DNA from: Candidatus Uhrbacteria bacterium
GTDB taxonomy: Bacteria; Patescibacteriota; Patescibacteriia; UBA9934; GWF2-40-263
DNA: 51,529 nucleotides
Direction of reading: 5' to 3'
Assembly (NCBI GenBank): GCA_016209325.1
Contig: JACQWJ010000036.1
Span: forward strand, 1-51,529
Of the stretch, positions 6,991 to 16,393 are shown piece after piece (the stretch's first letter is position 1; each line of letters starts with the position of its first letter). The translations under genes and the position numbers were made by a program. A model generated the notes under the pieces. It worked only from the letters and a program-made list of their open reading frames with translations. It did no database searches and was not told the DNA's origin.

Positions 6991-9900
6991 TCATCCCTTC
7001 ACCCACCGCACATGCTGGCGGCCGACGAGGGAGGCCAAGGCGTCGAGGAAGGCGTCGGAGACGGCGACGGCGTAGTCGGTCTGGACGCGGCGGGGCTTGC
7101 CCTGGGACTCAAGGATGAAGCAGACCCGCTCGGGACCGGGGGCGGAGGTGAAAAGCGAGCGGAGCTGCTCCACGAGGTCGTGCGCGGGCTTGCCAACGAG
7201 GACGATCTCGAGCCCGAGCAGCGGAGGCGCTGACGCGGGAACTGCGGCGGACGGCAGGGGAGCCGAGGGTGACCCGGCGGCCGCATCCGGGGGCGTGGCA
7301 GGCGGGACGGAAGCGGCGTGCGCCGGCGGAGGCGTGGGATCGGCGGGCGCGGACGCGGCCTGGCCGCCCCCGTCCATCCTCAGCCATGCGAGGGCCTGGT
7401 CCACATTGTCCTCGTCGACGAGGAGGAAGTAGTTGGCGAGAAGCTTCGGTTCCTCGCCCTCGCGGCGGGAGACCTTGGCCCCCACGATGACCACACGCTC
7501 GGGCAGGAGGAAATCCTGGGAGGAGAGGAAGACCTTGGGGAAGCACACCACCTCGGTCTTCGTCCGGCCGTCCTCAAGTTCGACGAAGGCCATACTGTCG
7601 CCCTTCTTCGTGACGATCTTCTTGACCGAGCTTACGAGGCCCCCGCAGCGGACGACCGCCCCCTCGGGAGAGGCGACGGCGTCGGCAAGGGAGATGACGA
7701 AGGACGCGAGGCGAGGCGCGACGGCGTGGTAGGGGTGGGCGCTGACGTACAAGCCGAGGACTTCCTTCTCCCACCCGAGGAGCTCGCCGCGCTTGGCCGC
7801 CGCCGAGGCCGGGCGCAGGCGGAGCTTCTCCTGGACAAGGGCCGGGGCGAGGTCGAAGAGCGACGACTGGTTCTGGGAGGACTGCTGCTGGGCCTGACGG
7901 TTGAAGAGGAGGATCTGGTCTACGTTGTCGAGAAGTTGGCGGCGCTCGCCGAAGCGGTCGAGGGCCCCGGACTTCGCGAGCGCCTCGAGCGACTTCTTGT
8001 TGAACGCGCGGTGATGGACGCGCTCGGCGAAGTCCGTCAGGTCGATAAACGGGCCGCGGGCCTCGCGCTCGGCGATAATCGCCTGAATGACTTCTTCCCC
8101 CAGGTTCTTAATGACGAGCAGGCCGAAACGGATCGTCTGGTCGTCGATGTAGGTGAAGGTGGAAAGGGACTCGTTCACGTCGGGCGGCAGCACCTTGATC
8201 CCCAGCCGCTCACACTCCTTGACCGCATCGGCCACCGTGTCGAGGTCGCCGGACTCGGCGGTCATGAGGGCCGACATGTACTCGGCGGGGTAATTCGCCT
8301 TCAAGTACGCCGTGTAATAGGCGATCATGCCGTAGCTCGCGGCGTGGGCCTTTCCGAAGCCATACGCAGCGAATGGTTCGATCAGCTTCCAGAGTTCCTT
8401 TGACTTCGACGCGGACAATCCGCCCGCGACCAACCCATCGATCAGCTTGTCCTTCTGTTTCTGCATTTCCTCCGGGATCTTCTTTCCCATCGCTTTGCGT
8501 AACTTGTCCGCCTCGAGCCATGAGTACCCGGCCATCTTGATCGCGATGAACATCACGTCTTCCTGGTACACGATCACGCCATACGATGATTCCAAAAACT
8601 CCTTCATCCGCGGGTCGAGGTAGCTCACGAGGGACGGGTCGTGCTTCCTCCGGATGTACTCGGGGATCGACTCGATCGGGCCCGGGCGGTAGAGGGCGAC
8701 CATGGCCATGATGTCCTCGATGCGCTCAGGACGGAGCTCCATGAGGTACTTCGTCATGCCGTCGCCGTTTAACTGGAACGTACCCATGGTGTAGCCCTTC
8801 GCGAGGAGCTCAAACGTCTTCGGATCGTCGACGGGAATCCGCTCGAGGTCGATGTCGAGATCCTTGATGTGCTTCAGGATCTTCACCGCGTCCCCGAGAA
8901 TCGAGAGGTTCCGGATCCCGAGGAAGTCCATTTTGAGGAGGCCCGCAGCTTCCACGGACTTCATCTCATACTGGGTGATGACCTTCCCTTCCTTGGTTTC
9001 CACCTGGAGGGGCGTGAACTCGGTCAGGGGCTCGGGAGAGATGACGACGCCGGCGGCGTGGATCGAGACGTGGCGGGCGCAGCCCTCGATGCGGCGCGCG
9101 AGATCTATGAGGCGCTTCACCTGGGGGTCGGCGTCGTACTGCTTCTTCAGGTCCTCCGCCTCCTCGAGCGCACGCTCGAGAGTCATGGGAAATCCCTGGC
9201 TGCCCATCGGGACCAACTTCGCGATCTGGTCGACAAAGCCGTAGGGGATGCCGAGCGCGCGGCCGACGTCACGGATGCTCCCGCGCGCCATCATGGTCCC
9301 GAACGTACAGATCTGGGCCACCTTATCCTTGCCGTATTTCTCGGTGACGTAGGCCAGCATCTCGTCGCGGCGGTTGTCGGCGAAGTCCGCGTCAACGTCC
9401 GGGGCCGAGGGGCGCTCAGGGTTCAGAAAGCGCTCGAAGGGGAGCTTGTAGCGGAGGGGATCCACGCTCGAGATGCCGATCGCGTAGCTGACAAGCGAGC
9501 CGGCGGCCGATCCGCGGGTGGTGGTCACAATACCGTTCTTCCGGGCCCACTCGATGTAGTCGGAGACGATCAAAAAGTAGGGGGCGAACCCCTTTACCTC
9601 GATGACGGAAAGCTCGTAGTCAATGCGCTGCCGCATCTCCTCGGTGAGCTCAGGGACCTTGCGGGCAAGTTCGGCATACGCCCGCTGACGCAGGTACTCC
9701 AAGTGGGTCAGCCCATCAGGCACTTCGAAGTGGGCGAAGTTCCATTTTCCAAGCTCGAACGTGACGTTGCAGCGGTCGGCGATGACGCGGGTATTCTCGA
9801 TCGCTTCCGGAACGTCCTTGAACTGCTCTTCCATCTCCTGCGGCGAAACGAATGAGGCATCGTAGTCATATGCCTGCAGGCGCTCGAACTGTTCCAAGGT

Positions 9901-10605
9901 CTTCCCTCCCTGCACGCACTGAAGAATCTTCCAGGCCTCGGCCTCGTCGGGCTTCAGGTAGAAGGCGTTCTTGGTCGCGACGACGGGCACGCCGAGCTCC
10001 TTCCCAAGCTCGATCAGCTGCGCGTTCACGGCCGCCTGCTCGGGAATCTCGGGGCGGTCGACAAGCTCAAGGTAGAAGTTTCCCTCGCCGAAAATCTGGC
10101 GGTACTCGCCGATGAGCGCGACTGCGTGCTCGCGGTTCCCCATCTGGAGGGCCTGGTCGATGTCGCCGAAACGTCCGCCCGACAAGGCGATGAGGCCGTG
10201 GGACTTCCCAAGACAAAACTCCCGCAGGAGCTCTTTGTCGATGCGTGGCTTGTAGTAGAAGCCCTCGAGAAATCCGAGGGACGAAAGGCGGACGAGGGTA
10301 CGATACCCGTCGTTGTTCTCCGCGAGGAGCACCAGGCGGTTCGGCTTCGTGTCGATGCGCGCGCGCTTCTGGTGCCGCCCAGCCGGAGCCACATAGGCGT
10401 CCATGCCGACAATGAGCTTCACACCCTCGTCCTGCGCCTTCTGGTAGGCCTCGATGACCCCGTACAGCGTGCCGTTGTCGGTGAGGGCAAAGGTGTCCAT
10501 CCCCTTCTCCTTGGTCGCCTTAATAAGCGCCTTCACCTTGGGAAGCGCCTCGAGCAACGAGTAGTGACTATGGACATGCAGGTGGACAAAGCGACTGAAA
10601 GGCAT
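6991..10605 (-). CDS. dnaE: DNA polymerase III alpha subunit
   Basis: PHP FVHLHVHSHYSLL, RGSAAGSLV, FERFLNPER..PDVDADF, OB-fold; Pro/Ala linker near C-terminus. Confidence 0.98.
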   Translation of the reverse strand: MPFSRFVHLHVHSHYSLLEALPKVKALIKATKEKGMDTFALTDNGTLYGVIEAYQKAQDEGVKLIVGMDAYVAPAGRHQKRARIDTKPNRLVLLAENNDGYRTLVRLSSLGFLEGFYYKPRIDKELLREFCLGKSHGLIALSGGRFGDIDQALQMGNREHAVALIGEYRQIFGEGNFYLELVDRPEIPEQAAVNAQLIELGKELGVPVVATKNAFYLKPDEAEAWKILQCVQGGKTLEQFERLQAYDYDASFVSPQEMEEQFKDVPEAIENTRVIADRCNVTFELGKWNFAHFEVPDGLTHLEYLRQRAYAELARKVPELTEEMRQRIDYELSVIEVKGFAPYFLIVSDYIEWARKNGIVTTTRGSAAGSLVSYAIGISSVDPLRYKLPFERFLNPERPSAPDVDADFADNRRDEMLAYVTEKYGKDKVAQICTFGTMMARGSIRDVGRALGIPYGFVDQIAKLVPMGSQGFPMTLERALEEAEDLKKQYDADPQVKRLIDLARRIEGCARHVSIHAAGVVISPEPLTEFTPLQVETKEGKVITQYEMKSVEAAGLLKMDFLGIRNLSILGDAVKILKHIKDLDIDLERIPVDDPKTFELLAKGYTMGTFQLNGDGMTKYLMELRPERIEDIMAMVALYRPGPIESIPEYIRRKHDPSLVSYLDPRMKEFLESSYGVIVYQEDVMFIAIKMAGYSWLEADKLRKAMGKKIPEEMQKQKDKLIDGLVAGGLSASKSKELWKLIEPFAAYGFGKAHAASYGMIAYYTAYLKANYPAEYMSALMTAESGDLDTVADAVKECERLGIKVLPPDVNESLSTFTYIDDQTIRFGLLVIKNLGEEVIQAIIAEREARGPFIDLTDFAERVHHRAFNKKSLEALAKSGALDRFGERRQLLDNVDQILLFNRQAQQQSSQNQSSLFDLAPALVQEKLRLRPASAAAKRGELLGWEKEVLGLYVSAHPYHAVAPRLASFVISLADAVASPEGAVVRCGGLVSSVKKIVTKKGDSMAFVELEDGRTKTEVVCFPKVFLSSQDFLLPERVVIVGAKVSRREGEEPKLLANYFLLVDEDNVDQALAWLRMDGGGQAASAPADPTPPPAHAASVPPATPPDAAAGSPSAPLPSAAVPASAPPLLGLEIVLVGKPAHDLVEQLRSLFTSAPGPERVCFILESQGKPRRVQTDYAVAVSDAFLDALASLVGRQHVRWVKG

Positions 10606-10650
10606 AGGAAAAGGGGGAAAAGAGACCACGGCGGATCTCTTTTTTGCTTC

Positions 10651-10953
10651 CTAGGATACTTTGTCTTCCACATCGCCGGACTTGTGGTCGCGCTTCTTCT
10701 CGACCGCGTACTCGACCACCCGCTTGACGCCCTCGGCCAGGATGCCGATGCCGGAGGTGGCCTTCTCGAAGCGGCCCTTGATGGAGGTGAGGGCTTCCTC
10801 GATGCGGCCGATCTTCTCGCGGGCGTCGGCCATGGTCTCGTTGACGTTCTTCAGGATCATGGCGATCTGCCAGATGAGCCAGCAGACGAAGGCGGTGAAC
10901 CAGAGCGCGCAGAAGGCGAGGACGATGAAGAGGATATCTTTTGATTCGAACAT
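10651..10953 (-). CDS. Small membrane-anchored coiled-coil protein (DUF948-like)
   Basis: N-terminal TM helix followed by amphipathic helical region; 100 aa. Confidence 0.7.
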   Translation of the reverse strand: MFESKDILFIVLAFCALWFTAFVCWLIWQIAMILKNVNETMADAREKIGRIEEALTSIKGRFEKATSGIGILAEGVKRVVEYAVEKKRDHKSGDVEDKVS

Positions 10954-10956
10954 ACA

Positions 10957-11049
10957 GAGAGACGATTGAGGAGCGAATTACGAATCCGGACGAATATGCG
11001 AATGTGGACGGATTTCCCCTCCTTCCCTAAGGAGGGGACTAAGGGGAGG
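10957..11049. repeat. Left repeat flank of DUF559 cassette
   Basis: GAGAGACGATTGAGG end, GCGAATGTGG core, CCCCTCCTT-cccT-AAGGAGGGG hairpin. Confidence 0.65.
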
Positions 11050-11405
11050 TCACTTCTTACAAGCGTTTCCAATGGCTTCCAAGACTCCCTCCAAGTTATC
11101 AAAAACATCACGATTGGAAAACCGAATGACTTGGAGACCGACGGAGGCGAGGTACTCCGACCGACGCTGGTCATACGCTTCGGCCTCTGGCGTCCCGTGC
11201 GCATTTCCGTCAAGCTCTACGACCACTCTCGTTGCAGGACAGTAAAATCAACGATGTAGGGACCGATGCCTTGCTGACGACGGAATTTATATCCCATCTG
11301 CTTACCCTTCAGATGATTCCAAAGAACGACCTCGGCAGGAGTCATTTCATTTCTCAACGCGCGACGCCGGGAAAGGTTAATCGGATCGTTGAAGAGGACT
11401 CCCAT
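11050..11405 (-). pseudogene. DUF559 (Vsr-like) endonuclease with a single frameshift
   Basis: LRNEMTPAEVVLW..KFRRQ..IGPYIVDF, then after restoring one T at ~11244-11247: YCPATRVVVELDGNAH..YDQRRSEYL..GLQVIRFSN..LEGVLEAI to TGA at 11050. Confidence 0.85.
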
Positions 11406-11413
11406 AGGTGTGA

Positions 11414-11488
11414 CCTCCCCTTAATCCCCTCCTTGAGGAAGGAGGGGAGATATGACCATGTTCGGCATTCGGACCCCCAATCGCTCTC
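11414..11488. repeat. Right repeat flank of DUF559 cassette (inverted)
   Basis: CCCCTCCTT-gagg-AAGGAGGGG hairpin, then TTCGGACCCCCAATCGCTCTC = reverse complement of the 5212/6873 repeat end. Confidence 0.75.
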
Positions 11489-13937
11489 ATCTCATCGTAG
11501 CAGAAAAACGGGCGGTCAACACCTGACGCAGGGATTCCATACAGGCGTCTACTTCCTCGGACGACAGGGTCTGATCGTCGGCCCGGAACTCCAGGTGGAG
11601 CGCGAGGGATTTCTTGCCCTCCGGAATTCCCTTCCCCGCGTACGTGTCGAACAGCTCGACATCGACCAAAAGGGGTGCGGCGGCATGCATGGCGAGCTCG
11701 AGATCCGTGTAGGTGACGTCCTTATTGACGACGAACGCAAGATCCCGCTTGACTGAAGGGAACGGCGGAATCGGATGGTAGGTCAGTTCCCGCGCCGGAA
11801 AGGCGGCAAGCAACGATAGGTTTACCTCGCCAACAGCAACCTTGGCCTCGATACCGAGGTCTGTGGCCCGTTGCGGTAATACTTCTGCGAGGTAACCTAC
11901 CGCTTCGCCATCCACAGTAATCGCGGCGCTACGTCCAGGATGCATCCAAGACGCAAGGTCAGACATGGGGAGGAAGGTTGGGGTGTATCCCAACGCACGG
12001 AGCGCGCCCGCGCACAGACGTTTCAGTTCACGGAACGGAAAGATGTCGCCCTTCTTCGCGAAGACGAGTCCGAGTACATGGTCTTGATGAGGAAGCGGCG
12101 ATCCTCCTTCCCCGTTTTCGTCACCAGGAATTTCAGGAACGTACGTACGAGCCACCTCGAACAGGCGAACCGTGTCCGTTTGTCGTTGATTCTTTTCGAC
12201 GTTCTCGAGTAAGTTCGGCACAAGCGTCCGGGCAACATACGGCCGCTCTTTGGAAATAGGATTGGCTAATTGAATGTACCGCGCGGCGTCTTCCCCCAAA
12301 TAGGCAAGCGTGGCAGGACTCGTAAAACTATAATTATACGTTTCGGTTGCCGCGAAACGTTCGGCGAGAATCGAACGCACACGCCGTTCCAGTACCCGCA
12401 TGGGATCCGGTGTGGGCGGCCTGAGGTCCATGCGTGGGAGCGTAGGGGGTATACGCTCATAGCCGTAAATACGCGCCACTTCTTCAACGAGATCCTCGAA
12501 AATCGAAATATCCTTGGTCGCACGCCAACTCGGAATGGTTACAAGATATGCTTCTCCGTCCTGTTTCAAGCCGAATCCCAACCGCTCAAGGATGCCGATG
12601 GCGGTATCAACGGGAATGTTCACACCCAATTTCTGATCCAGACGTTCCAAAGAAAATGGAATCGGACCCTGTTTCAGCTCAAACCGACCGACATCCACGA
12701 CGGGCGAGGCGACCCGCGCGCCCGGAACAAGTTCTAACAGGAGTTCTACCGCACGACGCAGGGCCAGGTCGGACAGATTCGGATCTAGTCCTTTTTCATA
12801 CCGCAAGGATGCTTCGGAACGCAGTCCCAAACGTTGGGATGTTTTACGGATCCAAGAAGGGTGAAAATTTGCGGATTCCAAAAATACGGTCGTGGTTTCC
12901 TCACCGATTTCGCTGTTGTGCCCACCCATAACCCCCGCCAAGGCCACAGCCTTCTTTGCGTCCCGGATGACGAGATCGGACGGACCGAGTTCCCGCTCGG
13001 TATCATCGAGGGTCACGAACCGCTCGCCGGACACAGCGGGACGGACCTCGATCTCGATCGTGCGCGGCTTACTCAACACGTTCTCCAACTTGGCGGCATC
13101 AAAGGCATGGAGTGACTGCCCAATTTCCAGCATCACATAATTTGTCACGTCAACAACAATGTTGACAGGGCGCACACCTACGGCCCGCAGACGTTTTTGC
13201 ATCCACTCCGGAGACGTTTCGATGCGGATGCCGTCGAGGACAACACCCATGTAACGCGGGCAGGCAGCAATGTCGGTTACGTTCACCAATACCTCATACT
13301 CCGTTTCCTCTGAAACAACGGGCGGCCGTCGGTCCTTGAAGGTCGTCCCAAGGAGTGCCCCAACCTCGCGTCCCATGCCACGATGGCTGAAGAGGTCCGG
13401 ACGGTTGGTGAGTGATTTGTTGTCCACGTCAAATACGACATCGTCGAGTCCCAAGACTTCCGCAAGCGGCGTGCCTGGCGGGGCATCCCATCCGCTAAGG
13501 TCGACGATTTCGCGCTCACCTTCGTTTCCAGTGGCTGTGCCGATCTCGTTGGCTGCACAAATCATACCGAACGACTCAACGTCGCGCAGCTTTGTCAATT
13601 TGATTTCAACTAGCTCCCCTTCCCCGTGCCATTTGACCCTAGCCCCCACCAGGGCAACCGCGACCTTCATGCCCGCCAAAAGATTCGTGCCGCCGCATAC
13701 TATTTGCAACGGTTCCCCTTGTCCCGCATCCACCCGGCATACGCGGAGCTTGTCCGCATTGGGATGCGCTTCAACCGCAAGAAGGACGCCCACCACGATC
13801 CGTTCCAACGGGGCGGCCTGGGACGAAATTTCTTCCACCTCCACCGTGCTCAAGGTAATACGACGGGCGAGTTCCTCGTCGGACAGGTCTTCGGGAAGCT
13901 CGACAAATTCTTGGAGCCACTTCTTGGAAACCAACAT
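11487..13937 (-). CDS. pheT: Phenylalanine--tRNA ligase beta subunit
   Basis: HPNADKL, NRPDLFSHRG, YEKG, DLVEEVARIYGY, C-terminal FDX-ACB. Confidence 0.98.
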   Translation of the reverse strand: MLVSKKWLQEFVELPEDLSDEELARRITLSTVEVEEISSQAAPLERIVVGVLLAVEAHPNADKLRVCRVDAGQGEPLQIVCGGTNLLAGMKVAVALVGARVKWHGEGELVEIKLTKLRDVESFGMICAANEIGTATGNEGEREIVDLSGWDAPPGTPLAEVLGLDDVVFDVDNKSLTNRPDLFSHRGMGREVGALLGTTFKDRRPPVVSEETEYEVLVNVTDIAACPRYMGVVLDGIRIETSPEWMQKRLRAVGVRPVNIVVDVTNYVMLEIGQSLHAFDAAKLENVLSKPRTIEIEVRPAVSGERFVTLDDTERELGPSDLVIRDAKKAVALAGVMGGHNSEIGEETTTVFLESANFHPSWIRKTSQRLGLRSEASLRYEKGLDPNLSDLALRRAVELLLELVPGARVASPVVDVGRFELKQGPIPFSLERLDQKLGVNIPVDTAIGILERLGFGLKQDGEAYLVTIPSWRATKDISIFEDLVEEVARIYGYERIPPTLPRMDLRPPTPDPMRVLERRVRSILAERFAATETYNYSFTSPATLAYLGEDAARYIQLANPISKERPYVARTLVPNLLENVEKNQRQTDTVRLFEVARTYVPEIPGDENGEGGSPLPHQDHVLGLVFAKKGDIFPFRELKRLCAGALRALGYTPTFLPMSDLASWMHPGRSAAITVDGEAVGYLAEVLPQRATDLGIEAKVAVGEVNLSLLAAFPARELTYHPIPPFPSVKRDLAFVVNKDVTYTDLELAMHAAAPLLVDVELFDTYAGKGIPEGKKSLALHLEFRADDQTLSSEEVDACMESLRQVLTARFSATMR

Positions 13938-13949
13938 ACCATCCATCCT

Positions 13950-14969
13950 TCAAAATTGCGCAAGAAATCGCACGTCTCCGCTCTGCATGAGACGGCTATC
14001 ATCGATGCCGTACTTAAGCATGGCCAGACGGGACAGACCGAAACCGAATGCAAAGCCTTGATACGTGTTCGGATCCAACCCGCCCGCTTCCAGAACCCTG
14101 GGATGAACCATGCCGCCCGGCATGGCTTCCAACCACCCGGTGTTCTTGCACACCCGACATCCCTCTCCGGCACACAAAAAACAATTCAATTCTCCACGGA
14201 CCCCCGGTTCGACGAACGGATAAAACTTGGGCATGAGCCGCAACTTGGTATCTGGACCAAACAGATGGACCGCGACAGCTTCCATGACACCCTTCATGTG
14301 CGAGAAGGTGATGCCTTTATCGATAACCAACCCCTCCAGCTGGTAAAACGTGTGCTCGTGACGGGCATCGGTCGCCTCGTTGCGGAAACACCGGCCCGGC
14401 GCAATCATTCGGATCGGTGCCCCGTACTTACGCATAGCCCGAATCTGGACAGGCGACGTTTGGGTACGCATTACCTGATCCGGATGGCCCTTGATATAAA
14501 AAGTGTCCTGCATGTCCCTGGCCGGATGGTCGGGCGGCATATTCAGAGCCGTAAAGTTGTAATAATCGCTTTCGAGTTCTGGTCCGTCGAGCACCATGAA
14601 CCCCATCGAAATGAACAAATCCTCAAGTTTCTGCTGAATCAAGGTAACCGGATGGATGTGACCAATTGACTCCTCCGGAAACACAGGCGCAGTCACGTCG
14701 ATCCATTCCTCTTCGCGGACCGCGCGCGAGCGAAGCTCCGATTCCGCGCGAGCGAACGCCTCTTCCATGGCGCGCTTGGCCTCGTTGGCGGAAGGGCCGA
14801 CGGCCCGGCGTTCGTCTTCGGATAGGTCCTTGAGACCCGTCATGAGATCGGCTAGACGCCCTTTGCGACCGAGGAATTCCGTACGGACGGATTCCAGGAT
14901 GTCCTTATCTTGCGCCGCCGAAAGGGCCGCATCGAAGGCCTTTTTCAGTTCATCAAATTTCTGGTGCAT
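13950..14969 (-). CDS. pheS: Phenylalanine--tRNA ligase alpha subunit
   Basis: HPARDMQDTFY, RTQTSPVQ, YPFVEP, GFAFGFG. Confidence 0.98.
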   Translation of the reverse strand: MHQKFDELKKAFDAALSAAQDKDILESVRTEFLGRKGRLADLMTGLKDLSEDERRAVGPSANEAKRAMEEAFARAESELRSRAVREEEWIDVTAPVFPEESIGHIHPVTLIQQKLEDLFISMGFMVLDGPELESDYYNFTALNMPPDHPARDMQDTFYIKGHPDQVMRTQTSPVQIRAMRKYGAPIRMIAPGRCFRNEATDARHEHTFYQLEGLVIDKGITFSHMKGVMEAVAVHLFGPDTKLRLMPKFYPFVEPGVRGELNCFLCAGEGCRVCKNTGWLEAMPGGMVHPRVLEAGGLDPNTYQGFAFGFGLSRLAMLKYGIDDSRLMQSGDVRFLAQF

Positions 14970-14996
14970 ACACAGCAGTTCTCGAATGGGATCTAT

Positions 14997-15025
14997 TTGA
15001 CGAGATTCGATACGTTCGCTATTAT
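14997..15025 (+). promoter_or_regulatory. Sigma70-like promoter divergent from pheS
   Basis: TTGACG-17 nt-TATTAT. Confidence 0.5.
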
Positions 15026-15049
15026 TCAGGCATCACCAACGGAAAGCAA

Positions 15050-15087
15050 GCCCTGTAAGGTCCCGTCCTTACGGGGCCCTTTCTTTT
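15050..15087 (+). terminator. Intrinsic terminator-like hairpin
   Basis: GCCCTGTAAGG-tcccgt-CCTTACGGGGC then CCTTTCTTTT. Confidence 0.55.
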
Positions 15088-15218
15088 ACAGCAAGCCTGT
15101 CGCGAAGATCGTTCATGTAACGAAGGAATAGGCGCATGTTCTTGAACTTCAGGAGTCCTGAGAACCGGCGGTTGAGATTCTGACTGTCGATGAAGGCGTA
15201 ATTTTCCATGACAAGACC

Positions 15219-16337
15219 CTAGCCTCCTGCGAAATTCTTTACATTGCTCAGGAAATCGCCGCTGAAACGGACGATGTCACGATAGGTCACGAGCAGCACG
15301 AGGGCCATGAGCAGGCCGAATCCGAGGTTGTGGACCACAGCCTCGATCCGCTCGTTGACCGGGCGGCGGCGGATCTTCTCGATGAGGAGGAAGAGGATGC
15401 GCCCGCCGTCGAGCGCCGGAAACGGCAGAACGTTTACGATCGCGAGGTTGATGGAAAGCACGGCCGCGAACTGGAGCAAGTACGTGAACCCGAGCTTCGC
15501 CGCCTCGCCTGTCATGACCGCAATCCCGACGGGTCCCGCGAGGTCGACCGCGATCGTCTGATGGACGACGAGGTTCGAGAGCAGCTGGCCGAAGGCGCGG
15601 AGCACTTCCCAGGTGAGGAGGCCGGCCAGGACGAATCCCTGGACCAGCGCTTCGTACCAGGGATAGGAGATAAGGGCAGTCGTGACGAGCCCGACCCCCA
15701 CGCCCACGGTTCCCGCTTCGGATAGGGGCTCGGCCCGCATGATGGCCGTCACGTATTCGCCCTCCCCGCGCTTCAGACTCAGGGAAACGTCGCTCTCGCT
15801 ATGGGAACGGATGTAGGCGCGCGCCTCGTCGGAAGAGGTGAAGACCGTCCCGTCGATGGACACGAGCGTGTCTCCGCCCTGGACGCCGGCGCGGGCCGCC
15901 GGACTCTCCGAAAGGACCGAGGCGACATGCACGACTTCCTCGGATACCCGCGCGCGGGGTGAGACGTCGTCGCCGACGACCGTCGGCAGGCCGACCATGA
16001 GTCCGATCGACAACAGGACGCCCGCGAGCAAAAAGTTCATGGCCACACCTGCAATCAGCACGATAAACCGCTTCCACGCGGGCTTCGAGGCAAAGCTGTC
16101 CGGATCATGGGCCTGATCCCCGGACTCGCCCTTGATCTTCACGAACCCACCAAGCGGAATCCAGTTGATGGAATAGACGGTGTCCCCCCGTTTCACACCC
16201 CACAGTCGGGGTGGAAACCCGAACCCGAACTCTTCGACCTTCATGCCCGCCTTTTTGGCCGTCACAAAATGCCCAAACTCATGGACAAAGACGAGGATGG
16301 ATAAGACGAGGAGAAACAAAAGAATGGTACCGATCAT
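15219..16337 (-). CDS. rseP: RIP metalloprotease RseP (M50, PDZ)
   Basis: HEFGH, PLGGFV, PDZ, NVLPFPALDGG. Confidence 0.95.
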   Translation of the reverse strand: MIGTILLFLLVLSILVFVHEFGHFVTAKKAGMKVEEFGFGFPPRLWGVKRGDTVYSINWIPLGGFVKIKGESGDQAHDPDSFASKPAWKRFIVLIAGVAMNFLLAGVLLSIGLMVGLPTVVGDDVSPRARVSEEVVHVASVLSESPAARAGVQGGDTLVSIDGTVFTSSDEARAYIRSHSESDVSLSLKRGEGEYVTAIMRAEPLSEAGTVGVGVGLVTTALISYPWYEALVQGFVLAGLLTWEVLRAFGQLLSNLVVHQTIAVDLAGPVGIAVMTGEAAKLGFTYLLQFAAVLSINLAIVNVLPFPALDGGRILFLLIEKIRRRPVNERIEAVVHNLGFGLLMALVLLVTYRDIVRFSGDFLSNVKNFAGG

Positions 16338-16393
16338 ACGGGAGGCATTCTATAGGAAATGATCTGAAAATCAAAGGACAGCTCGGACGACTC

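Noticed and set aside
6991..10605. Intein in dnaE (also checked dnaB)
   Set aside because: Lengths are normal and no C...HN splice motifs interrupt conserved blocks; the extra segment is a Pro/Ala linker.
4537..11488. CRISPR array from recurring palindromic repeats
   Set aside because: Copies are dispersed and degenerate, with no regular spacers and no cas genes.
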